Source: Rebecca billardiae RCC1528
Taxonomy: Eukaryota; Protista; Haptophyta
NCBI GenBank assembly: GCA_965240325.2
Contig: OZ251230.1
Span: 2,480,001-2,544,000, forward strand
Direction of reading: 5' to 3'
DNA: 64,000 nt
Shown: positions 24,001 through 33,406 of the stretch, in pieces
Layout of the letters: the number at the start of each line of letters is the position of its first letter
Position numbering within the stretch: position 1 is the stretch's first letter
Translations under genes and position numbers: made by a program
The notes under the pieces: generated by a model
What the model was told of the DNA's origin: nothing
The model's input: the letters and a program-made list of their open reading frames with translations, nothing else
Database searches by the model: none

Positions 24001-25887
24001 ACCGCGCACGTGTGGTCGTACCCGCACGCGAAAAGCGAGACAGTCCGGCCGGTGCCCAGCCGGACTGGGAGGAGCGCGTCGCCCATCTCGCCCGCGCTCC
24101 CGCCGCGCGTCAAGCCGTCGCCCGCCCCGTTCTCGCCGCTCGCGCCGTCGCCCCAGCTGCGCGCGCGGTGAGCCACAGGAGCGGGACGCGGGCAGGCGGG
24201 CGGGCGGTCGGGCGGGCGGGCCTGTCAGCCAGGCGCACACGGGCGCTCCAGCAGGCCATGCCGGAGCAGGCGCTCGGGGGCTTGCGGGCGCGTGCAGCGA
24301 GGCCCGCGTCTGCCTCCGCCCGTGGCGGGCAGCGCGGTGGGGAGGCAGTACATCGGCCGAGCGCGTGTCGCGCGGCTTGCAGCGCACCATTTGATCTCCC
24401 CGCTTGTGAGCAGCGCGCACGAGTGGTCGCTGCCTACCGACAGCGCCGACGGGACGAGGCCGGCGCCCAAGCCGCCGTCGAGCGCGGTCGGAGACGTCTG
24501 GGCAGTTGTGCTCCCGGTGCCGAGACGGCCGTTCCCGCCCTGCCCCCAGCACTTGACTGAGTCGTCGGCCAGCCGCAGGCAGGTGTGGACGTCCCCAACC
24601 GCAACCTCGACCGCGCTGCCGCCCACGACGACGTACGGCAGGTTTGTCCCCATCGTGCTCGCCACATCGCCCTTGTTGGTGGTCGTGCCGTCGCCCAGCT
24701 GCCCGGCGTTGTTCCGGCCCCAGCTGCGCACGCACGCGCGCCGCACGCGTGCCGCGTGGGCCGGGGCGGCGACTCCGCTCGGCTCGGCTCCGAGGCGACG
24801 GGCGCGGAGGGGCGGCGCCGCGGCGTGCGCTGGCGCGCACCACTTGAGGAGGGCGTCCGTGAAGACGACGCAGCCATGGAAGCCGATGTGAACACTCCAC
24901 TGGCTGATGGCTGTGGCTGTGCCGAGGTCAATGTGGCCGCCTGGTGCCCAGAGGTCTGAAGTGGACTCGTACCCGAGCATGCCGTAGTCACCGCGGCCCC
25001 AGCACTGGATCCCCGTGACGCTCGAGATCGTCGAGCGCACGCACGTGTAGTAGTACCCACACCGCACCTCGTGCACGGTCGCGCCTGCTCCAAAGTCGAT
25101 CGCTGGCAGGGTGTCGCCCATCGCGCGGCCAACGCCGTCCCCGGCGTTCACCGTGTCGCCTGTGCCGAGCTGGCCCTGCGCGTTCGTGCCCCAGCTGCGG
25201 CGCGAGCGGCGAGAGCGGAGCACGCGGGCGCGCGGGCGCGTGGGGCGGGCGCGGACCGGGGGTGCGAGCGCGTCAGATGCGTGCCGGGAGCGAGAGCCCG
25301 TGCGGCGGTCGCAGGCAGGCGGCAGGGCGCAGGCGCTCGCCAGCCAGGGGCACGCGGGGCTCGCAGCGTGGCGGCTCACGCCTCGCCGCGCACCATCTGA
25401 CGGTCGAGTCCGACAGCAGCGCGCACGAGTGCTGCCAGCTCGCGGAGACGCTCGTCGCCGTGGTCCCGCTCGGCAGTTGGATGAACGGCAGGCTGAGACC
25501 AAGCTCGCCCGCATTGTCGCCGCGGTGGGCGGTGTCGTCGTAGCCAAGGCGACCGCCGCCGCCGCCGAAGCTGCGGTGGGCGATGCGCGAGCGCGGGCGC
25601 GCGCCGCGTCGGCTCGGCGCGGGCCACCCCTCGCGCGTACGAGGGGTGGGGCGGCGCGGCGCGTGCGCGCAACCGGTCGCCGAGTGGGCGGGCGGGATCA
25701 CGCGGGCGGGCGAGCGAGTGGTTCGCGGGGCGCACCACTTGATCTGGCCAACGGCGTAGAGCAGGCACGTGTGAACCCTGCCGATTGTGATGGCTGTTGG
25801 CGTGCCAGCGCCGCCTATGCTCACCAGCGCGCCCGGGTGCAGCCCTGGGACGACGAGGGCGAGCACGAGGGCGAGCCCGATGGCCAT
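1..25887 (-). CDS. Giant polycystin-1-like surface glycoprotein (signal peptide - RCC1-like propeller - (SPPP)n rod - IPT/TIG x3 - REJ - GPS - TM); 3' end lies outside the window
   Basis: Manual translation. Exons 25887-25736, 25570-25394, 25194-24841, 24723-24388, 24156-23977 and 23832-<1, with five GT..AG introns. Scanning by eye found no in-frame stop from ~22124 to position 1. One extra G in the run at 22125-22129 shifts the frame. About 25,000 coding nt in the window (>8,300 aa). N-terminus MAIGLALVLALVVPG is signal-peptide-like. Confidence 0.85.
1856..2236 (-). other. GPS autoproteolysis motif followed by the first transmembrane helix
   Basis: CRFWETARGGWSADGC...LLCACDHLTDFA (canonical HL|T site at ~2090-2098), then TVYLLVALNGCLLLLAAIY. 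A second hydrophobic helix, AAVGVIALAGALVLLGA, lies at ~600-655. Confidence 0.85.
3585..5110 (-). other. REJ (receptor for egg jelly / PKD1) domain
   Basis: Motifs LEGSSSSGGGVKPLSFEW, IAGGDRIVG...VDASASTDPN...LAFEWS and MNRPPFGGGVGIEPARGVALLTRFAVSASGWVDDADDLPLRYAF are typical of REJ modules. Confidence 0.85.
5520..6460 (-). other. Three IPT/TIG Ig-like domains of the giant protein
   Basis: Translated motifs VESVTPRGAPLGAAGALLTLRGAAF, VEGLDPPAGPVRGGTVVTLSGAGF and PSVYSCSPNSGLAGVAVIVGGAGFG...VRVALNGQQF match the IPT/TIG pattern. Confidence 0.75.
6466..23733 (-). repeat. Coding (Ser-Pro3-4)n extensin/HRGP-like repeat, ~17.3 kb (~5,750 aa), with higher-order units
   Basis: The minus strand reads CCG/CCC/AGC/TCG codons giving SPPP(P) throughout. 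Higher-order periods of ~684 nt (12097/12781), ~828-840 nt (16971/17811/18639) and ~342 nt (20453/20795/21137) are visible from marker motifs. Confidence 0.95.
23740..25820 (-). other. Seven RCC1/BLIP-II-like repeats (N-terminal beta-propeller head of the giant protein)
   Basis: The spliced translation gives seven H(T/S/G)C...C(W/F)G....G.LG-type units, e.g. HSCALLSDSTVRCWGTNAQGQLGTGD, HTCLRLADDSVKCWGQGGNGRLGTGS, HTCAVLDTEGLKCWGAGTAGKLGTGD. Confidence 0.85.
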
Positions 25888-26616
25888 GCTCGCAGGCTGC
25901 GGCTCGCAGCGCCTCGCGGCCCTCGAGGCTTCTTTCCCCTGTTGTAATCCAATACGGCGGCGGTATCATATGGGCAAGGACAGTGAGGACGGTGAGCCAA
26001 TTTCGACCACGAACCGACATCGTCATCGGCTTAATTGCTAAGAGGGGTTCATTAAACTTCATACTGGCAGTCTGACACCGGATGAGTACATGTATCGGGT
26101 TTGTGCCCCCATTGATTTGGATTACTTTCAACCCTCCAATGACCGCGGCGGTTGCGCGGGTTGTCGCAGATTCGCAGAGAATCGCGCGCAGAATCCCGCA
26201 CTCCTTACCCAGATATTGTGCAGATTGATCCATTCGAATACGAGGGTACTCACAATTGAGAGTGAGAGTCTGAGACGAACCGCGGCCCGCATCTTTTGAT
26301 GAGCAATTAGACTAAAGGGTCATTTCACTATAATTGTCAGGCAGCGCCATCGTGCGACGACGCCCACGGCCCACGTGCGCGAGCGCGTTGCGACATTCCC
26401 CGCGACGGGGTCGCCGTCCCCAGCCGCTCCGACGCGCTCTTGGGGTCCGCGCGGGCCCTCAGCACCCGCTAAGAACCCATCCTACTCGTCTGACGGCGCC
26501 GGCAGCCTCGCCGCGTTCAGAATGTTACAACAGATTGTGATTCGAGCCTGCCTGAGTGCACTGGCCGCGGCACTCGCATGACAGGTCCAGCGGCGCCCTG
26601 TGGGCACGCGAGCCAA

Positions 26617-27710
26617 CGGATATCCCACTGCGATCCTATCCCATAGGATTCAATCCTATGGCATAGGATGGCCCCAGGGACGCCACTCAGCAGACGACAT
26701 TTTCTCATGTTGCCGAATGGTACGACTGCACCTAGGGGTCGGTAGCAGTGTCGCCACCATCCGCCAGAGCGAGCTTGTTGTGATTTTCGACCACCACCGC
26801 ATGTTTTGGGCTCCACGGATGGAGCGCGTGAAGCCGTCGCGGTCGTTGCCGCCTTGCGACTCCACGGTGGCAACGCCGACCAACATGTGGCACTTGTGAT
26901 GACACCCAGCTTGATGCTCACACATCGTGGTTCACTGTGTTCGACCGGAGCCGTACGAGGTTCAATCACAATGCGTTTTGGTCCTCGCCAAGCATGGCAT
27001 TGTACGTCGCGCCGGGGCTGCGCGCACAAGCCGCTGCGGGTCGCTCGCGTCGTCAGGTGGTTGCGATCGAGCATCGGCACGCATGTAGAGCAAGCCTCGG
27101 AGGTAGCCGGAACATCTTGCCATGTCGCGTGCGTGGATGGTATCGCACCTGTAGACACGCCATGCGTGTGCCGCAGTCGATTTACGCGACGCTCGACCCG
27201 CACGCTCTTGGATTCGTGGGCTAGTGGTCCACAAGGACGGCCGCCACCATCGTGGGAGGTCCGTGGCCGCACGCACGATGGCGGTTGCCCTCTCTTCGCC
27301 CCGCCCCAGAATGGTGTGCCACGGGCAGCAACGCGCCTGGCGGCGTGGGCGGCGGTGCGGGCGGCAGCGCGGGCATCCGGTGCGAGCACTCGCCTGCGCC
27401 GTCCGTGCCCAGGGTCGCCGCTCGGCTGCCAGGGGCGAGCAACTGACGCTGTCATGCCGATCCTATGTAGCCGTCCCTGGCGCGGATCCTATGGCATAGG
27501 ATCGCGCGCGCGCGCGCGGTCGCGCGCGCGCGCGCGCGACCGCCGTGGCAGTGGCGGCAGGCGGAGATGGTGTGTGTCGACAGCCGGTGGAGTTGTGTGT
27601 ACGATATAGCAACACCGATGATCGTATGCGCAGAACTGAGCCGCTGGCGCTCTGGTGAACTCATCCTATGCCATAGGATCAGAGTCCTATCTGTTGCAGT
27701 GGGATATCCG
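26617..27710. mobile_element. Non-autonomous DNA transposon with 15-bp TIRs, 4-bp TSD and palindromic subterminal motifs
   Basis: TIR CGGATATCCCACTGC (26617-26631) / GCAGTGGGATATCCG (27696-27710), flanked by CCAA on both sides. The palindrome ATCCTATnnCATAGGAT occurs at 26633, 26653, 27486 and 27663. Confidence 0.8.
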
Positions 27711-28310
27711 CCAAGAGGCGCAGCGAGTCCAGTGCGGCTGCAGTACAGGCCGAGCGCGAGCGCCGAGTCCCAGCCGCGTGCGCGCCGGGCCGCTGGCGCC
27801 GGGCTCGCCCGCGGGGGAGAAGGCGCCGCTGCAGCGCTCCGCCTTATTCTGCCGCATCACGCGATCCGCCGGCAGGAAGACCTGACTTGCGCCCAGTTTT
27901 GACAAAAACGATGGATTTTCAACTCCGCGCGCTCTGGGCAACGACCTGACAGTTATAATGACTCGGCCCTTTATTAGAGTGATATCGATCCGCTATTCAG
28001 AATAATAATGTATGTACAGTGTACTATATTTAAGAGACGCACACAGCAGCCACACGGAATACAGCCGCTCCGCAGGTCTGCAGGCGAGCAGTACTGGTCT
28101 GCCATTCATATGGCAATGTTGGAGCGAGTCGTAGCAGCAACTTATTGCTTGGGCAAACGACAGTGGCGCCACCCGTTCACGGTTCAGGCGCCCGCTGTCG
28201 GGTCGGATCTGGGGGTTGGCCCGCGGCGCTCGCGGAAACATTTCAATTGAAATCACCGCCTTCTAATGGCCCTGTAACGGCCGGCGGGTCGCTCTGCGAC
28301 ACCGCCAACA

Positions 28311-29065
28311 GAAACAACAGTGGAAACCCGGGGACTTTGTCCCCGCGCCCCTATCGCGGGCTCTGGCGCGCGAACGCTTTGTCACTACTGGATCCCCGAG
28401 GTGGAGAGCGGCGCTCCGTGCACCAACAAAGACATCCCCAGCCGCATGTTGCCACTCGACACCTCGTCTCGCCTCGCGCGGAGCCAACTTGTGGTGTGCG
28501 GGAGCCACCCGTAGCACACTGGGCCGTGTAGCGACGCGTGTGGCGGGTCAACAGTGCATCGCGAAGGCGTCGTACGCGCAATCCGTTGAGTACATACTCA
28601 TGTCTGTCCCATGGCACGTCATGCACCGCCTGTCGACACCTCGTCTCGCTTCGCGCGGAGCCAACTTGTGGTGTGCGGGAGCTACCCGAAGCACAGGCTG
28701 TGCTGCACGCGGCGCGTCGCGAGTCGGGAGTGCATCGGCGCACGCGGCGGCGCACGACGTGCCATGGGACAGACATGAGTATGTACTCAACGGATTGCGC
28801 GTGCGACGCCTTCGCGATGCACTGTTGACCCGCCACGCGCGTCGCTACACGGCCCAGTGTGCTACGGGTGGCTCCCGCACACCACAAGTTGGCTCCGCGC
28901 GAGGCGAGACGAGGTGTCGAGTGGCAACATGCGGCTGGGGATGTCTTTGTTGGTGCACGGAGCGCCGCTCTCCACCTCGGGGAGCCAGTAGTGACAAAGC
29001 GTTCGCGCGCCAGAGCCCGCGATAGGGGCGCGGGGACAAAGTCCCCGGGTTTCCACTGTCGTTTC
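28311..29065. repeat. Foldback / long inverted repeat (310-bp arms, 135-bp spacer)
   Basis: 28311-28620 is a near-perfect reverse complement of 28756-29065. The spacer holds a third copy of an arm segment (28634-28695 ~ 28457-28517). Degenerate outer IR extends to ~28239/29135. Confidence 0.9.
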
Positions 29066-29395
29066 CGCCGCACCCCTCGCCTAGCGAGGGGTGCTCGACC
29101 GTTACGGGAGATTAGATGCACCTGAATTGAAATGGCTTATATTCGTCCGGCTGCGCGCCGGTAAAGTGGCCCTGCCAGTGGCGTGCGCGGCCTCGCCTCG
29201 CGTGCGCGCCAGTGAAGACGAAGGCTGGGCGACGGCGCGCGAGGCGGGTACGTCTGGTCGGTCGCACACTCGCACCTACTGACCCCTTCTGACGCCTCAT
29301 GGCTCGCCTCCGTACTGTAGCCTCTTCTGCGCCCCGGAGTAGTACGTACCGGGCCGTCCGGGGCCGGGCGCCGCTGACTCAGTTTACGCTATATG

Positions 29396-32300
29396 TGTCA
29401 AAGGAATCGCCAATCTACAGTGATTTCCAATTTCCAATCCAACATTTTACTCGCAGTCACACAGTGGCGGCGCGACCGCTGCGGCGGCGCTCGCACAAAA
29501 TCCTCCAAAATCAACCTGAACCTCATCCTAAAATACAGCAGGACAGCATGGCTGGCGGCGGCATCTCGAAGTATTCCAGATGATTCTGAATGAACGCGGA
29601 AACATGAGCCGAGCACCACGAACTAGCTGTGCTCTCCACCGCAAACAAGAGCCGAAGCCGTCGACCGACCTCGCGACCGTCAAGCCTCGAGACGCGTTCC
29701 CTGACATGCTAGCACGGTGCTGGGAGAACTTGGGCAAGGATGGAGACGACGAGAACAGCGGCAAGGACGTGAACGGCCATCAGCCCGCCCCAGTTGCTCC
29801 CCTCATTGGGTTGAAGCCAGGCGTGGCAGAGCGCGCGGCAATGCCGCGCGGCTCATCGGCGATCGCGCGCAAGCGCACGCCAGACTACCTCGCCGCTGCC
29901 CTGAGGGGCATGCAGGCTGAGAAGAACCGGCAAGGCGAGAAGCTCACGCTTCTCCGCAAGCCCATCTCCAGCGCTTACGGGCCTGGCAACACCGCTGACC
30001 TGTACTCAGGCAGCCACGCGTCGAGTGCGATCGCACCGCGTGTTGACCGGATTCATGCCGAGTCAATCAAGGATCACCTTGAGGAGGAGGTTCGCGCACA
30101 GCGCGGTGAGGAGGAGCGTTGCCGCTCGCATCCCCCGCCATCGCGCCACTCCATCCGCACGCACGTCGTTGCGCAGGGGATCTCAACAACTACCGCCCGG
30201 GACTTGGCGCCCGCAAGCGCGGCTGAGCGCGAGGCCGAGTGCCCGCAGCTCAAGGAGTGCCTTGCTACCTCCGAGTCATCGAACGAGGTCACCAAGCGTT
30301 CCGGGGCAGATGCAGCGCTCGACGCTGCTGCCGCCGATGCCGCTTTGACCGTCGAGGCCCTCGAGCCTGCCGACGCTGCTCCGCGTGCTGGCCATCTGGC
30401 CGCCGCCTGTGACAGCGCAGGTCGTGACACCGCCGCAGCCAGTCTGCAGCCTCGCGCGCATGACACTGTGTCTGAGTCTGACCGATCGAACGAGGACATT
30501 AGCACCGATGAGTGCGACGCAAACGACCTGTATGGTCTGGCAGAGCAAACTATGCTCCAAGATGCTACGACACGTGACTCTGTCACAGCGAGCTCAAGCA
30601 TCAAGTCAGCGGCCGCATTTATTATTGATGCGCCTGACCCAAACAAATACGTTTACCCCAAAATTACCAGCCTCACGATGGCTTCCGAAGCCGAGCTGCT
30701 CGCCACGAGCGACACAAGCAGCCGCGAGATGACCGCCGCAGAGACGGCAGAGTCCTCGTCTGGCACGTATCGACTCGCGTCGAACGTAGGAAGCGCATGC
30801 GATGCAGGGGGGGCATCATACACCTGCTTGACGGCAAAGCCGCAGCAAAACCAAGTTGGCGAGCGCGACGCGCGTGCGCATGCATCAGCTGCGTCAGCCA
30901 TCACAACGCCACACTCTTGCAAGGAAGAGTATTCCGCCGAAGCTGCCGCGGATGCACATGCATCACCGCTGGACAGAACGAGCGTGAAGAAGCCCAAAGA
31001 AGGCACCACAGCCTCGACGAGGGTCACTCCTCGCTCGAAGGTAGAGCGCGAATCGCCACAGAGCGCGCGCGACACATCGACCAATGCACTTGAGTCGAAG
31101 AAACGTGACTGGATAGTCATCGAAGGAGGAGTCACAGACTCTAATCCAACCAAGAAGGAACGTGTGTTCATGGCACGCGAATCCTCGGCAGGAGTGGATA
31201 CACCCGCCACACACAAGCTGACACAGTCGGCTCTGAAATCCAAGCGCGCGGTACACAGCGCGATACGGGATGCACTCGCAGAAGTGAGCACCTACTACAA
31301 GGGCAAATCCTCAGATGTCACACCTGACATAATGGAGCCCAAGGATAGCAAGCTATCCGGCTTTCAACTCATTGCCAAAGACAAATGGGTGAAAGACGCA
31401 GCCAAAATCGATCCATACAAGGCTGACAACGCTGACGCCAACAAGATCGGATCGGTCTACGATCGATCTGCGGCAGCGATATTCAAGCAGCTGAAGGACT
31501 CTATCGAGCCTCAGTTATTCGCCTATCTGGAATCGAAGCTGCACATCAGCGATCCGACCAAGAACTACTTGGATCTGGCGCTGCTGCTACAGATATTTGA
31601 GCGCGAGCTCAAGATCACAACTATGTCCGAACTCAGGGATGAATTCCTGAAGTTATACCCGACAAAGGTGTCGCCCATTGGCGCATCGGACATTATCAAG
31701 AAATCCGTCGAGCAAGTCCGCTCATCTCGATATGGGAATCTGGACGATGCTACGATGTTGGTCTTCAAGCTGTATAACAGCATGCACGACCATCCCCAAG
31801 TCTACGAGTCAGTTATCTCGCACTTCGGAGCGCTCACGCCCGAGCAATGTGTGGATAACACTGACCAGATAATGGCCCAGATGGAAGATGCCTACAAACG
31901 GCACGGCTCAATGAAGCTACTCCATCAGAACAATACCAAGGGGAGAGAGACCGAAAATTATTCCAAGATACGCCAAAATGCTGATTATCAGCAAGGCACG
32001 CGGCGACGCGGTGACTTTGAGGGCGCCGAAGTCTTCGCCGCTCAGGCCCAAAAGGCTCCAGCCAATGGCGAGAGCGGGCCGAATATCTCGGACACCGGCA
32101 AACGGTGCACTCACTGTGGTCTCAAGAACCATACTGCCCAGCAGTGTTGGAATCTCCACCCAGAGCTACGCCCCAAGGCCAACAATTACAACAAAGGCAA
32201 AAACAAGGGAGCCAACAAATTTCCCAAGGAGCGTATCCATTTCCTGGATGTTCCTGCTCCGGATGCCTATGATTAAATATCAAGGCAGGGCATAGCCCAA

Positions 32301-32852
32301 TAACAAGGTCCAAGATCAAGGCCAAAGAGTGAACATATGGTGCAAATAAGCCCAGGACTGACTCGGGTTACCCAAAACCGTCACACGGAAGTCCCAGCAC
32401 ATGACCCGTATCCTGGCATTGGCAACCATTACTGACTCCAATTCACTCATGCACACAGATGCACAAACAATACCAAGCCCAAAATCACTCATAATCCAAG
32501 CTTAGTCCTCACAGACGAGCGCATATTGGATTGAGGGGGGGTGTCAAAGGAATCGCCAATCTACAGTGATTTCCAATTTCCAATCCAACATTTTACTCGC
32601 AGTCACACAGTGGCGGCGCGACCGCTGCGGCGGCGCTCGCACAAAATCCTCCAAAATCAACCTGAACCTCATCCTAAAATACAGCAGGACAGCATGGCTG
32701 GCGGCGGCATCTCGAAGTATTCCAGATGATTCTGAATGAACGCGGAAACATGAGCCGAGCACCACGAACTAGCTGTGCTCTCCACCGCAAACAAGAGCCG
32801 AAGCCGTCGACCGACCTCGCGACCGTCAAGCCTCGAGACGCGTTCCCTGACA
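29396..32852 (+). mobile_element. Gag-only (non-autonomous) Copia-like LTR retrotransposon
   Basis: Two apparently identical 311-bp LTRs (29396-29706, 32542-32852) with TGTCA...TGACA ends, 5-bp TSD ATATG (29391-29395, 32853-32857) and a purine tract GAGGGGGGG just before the 3' LTR. One internal ORF; no pol motifs seen. Confidence 0.92.
29580..32276 (+). CDS. gag: Gag-like protein with C-terminal CCHC zinc knuckle
   Basis: 898-aa ORF (alternative ATG at 29706 at the LTR edge). CTHCGLKNHTAQQCWNLHPELRP is Cx2Cx4Hx4C plus the Copia-type W..HP tail. Long low-complexity N-terminal half. Confidence 0.85.
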   Translation: MILNERGNMSRAPRTSCALHRKQEPKPSTDLATVKPRDAFPDMLARCWENLGKDGDDENSGKDVNGHQPAPVAPLIGLKPGVAERAAMPRGSSAIARKRTPDYLAAALRGMQAEKNRQGEKLTLLRKPISSAYGPGNTADLYSGSHASSAIAPRVDRIHAESIKDHLEEEVRAQRGEEERCRSHPPPSRHSIRTHVVAQGISTTTARDLAPASAAEREAECPQLKECLATSESSNEVTKRSGADAALDAAAADAALTVEALEPADAAPRAGHLAAACDSAGRDTAAASLQPRAHDTVSESDRSNEDISTDECDANDLYGLAEQTMLQDATTRDSVTASSSIKSAAAFIIDAPDPNKYVYPKITSLTMASEAELLATSDTSSREMTAAETAESSSGTYRLASNVGSACDAGGASYTCLTAKPQQNQVGERDARAHASAASAITTPHSCKEEYSAEAAADAHASPLDRTSVKKPKEGTTASTRVTPRSKVERESPQSARDTSTNALESKKRDWIVIEGGVTDSNPTKKERVFMARESSAGVDTPATHKLTQSALKSKRAVHSAIRDALAEVSTYYKGKSSDVTPDIMEPKDSKLSGFQLIAKDKWVKDAAKIDPYKADNADANKIGSVYDRSAAAIFKQLKDSIEPQLFAYLESKLHISDPTKNYLDLALLLQIFERELKITTMSELRDEFLKLYPTKVSPIGASDIIKKSVEQVRSSRYGNLDDATMLVFKLYNSMHDHPQVYESVISHFGALTPEQCVDNTDQIMAQMEDAYKRHGSMKLLHQNNTKGRETENYSKIRQNADYQQGTRRRGDFEGAEVFAAQAQKAPANGESGPNISDTGKRCTHCGLKNHTAQQCWNLHPELRPKANNYNKGKNKGANKFPKERIHFLDVPAPDAYD

Positions 32853-33406
32853 ATATGTTTTAACGTGCTGCACACTTGGTTAAGGCGTGATTGACGCCAT
32901 CCAACACTGCACAAAGACACCGCCACAAAACAGACTGGCGCAGGCAGGTGAGGGGCGCGTTGCCGCACCTCGTCGAGGCGGCCACTTTGCAGCAAGCGGC
33001 CGCCCCCGCGCTCGGAGGCTGCACGCGCCGCGTCGAGAGCGCGCTCTGACACCACACGGGGAGGCGGTGCTGTGCACCTGGATGTCGTATGGCCAGCCGC
33101 ACCTCGAGAGCGCAGCCGCGCCAAACACCTGCCTGCGCTGTGAGCGACGCCGCGTCGATCGACTGATGTCTGATCGAGCCCCAGCCGAATATTCCCGAAT
33201 TAAATAAGGTCGGACGACTACTTGACAGAGAAGTGGAACAGTAGCAGATGATGTTTAGATGCGCGCGGACCCGCGGGCGCGCCGACCGCGCCGGACACTG
33301 CCCGCGCCGGTTAGTTACAGCATGACTAACCAGTACTGAGCCGGTGACTCACGGGTCGCCTGCGCCCTGCGGCCAACGGTGGGGTCAAGTATTAGTAGTA
33401 TGATAA

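Noticed and set aside
6069-24171. Long plus-strand Gly-rich and Ala-rich ORFs (1111, 1513, 821 aa etc.)
   Set aside because: They are antisense shadows of the minus-strand SPPP codons. They are interrupted by stops, while the SPPP frame stays open and links to recognisable domains.
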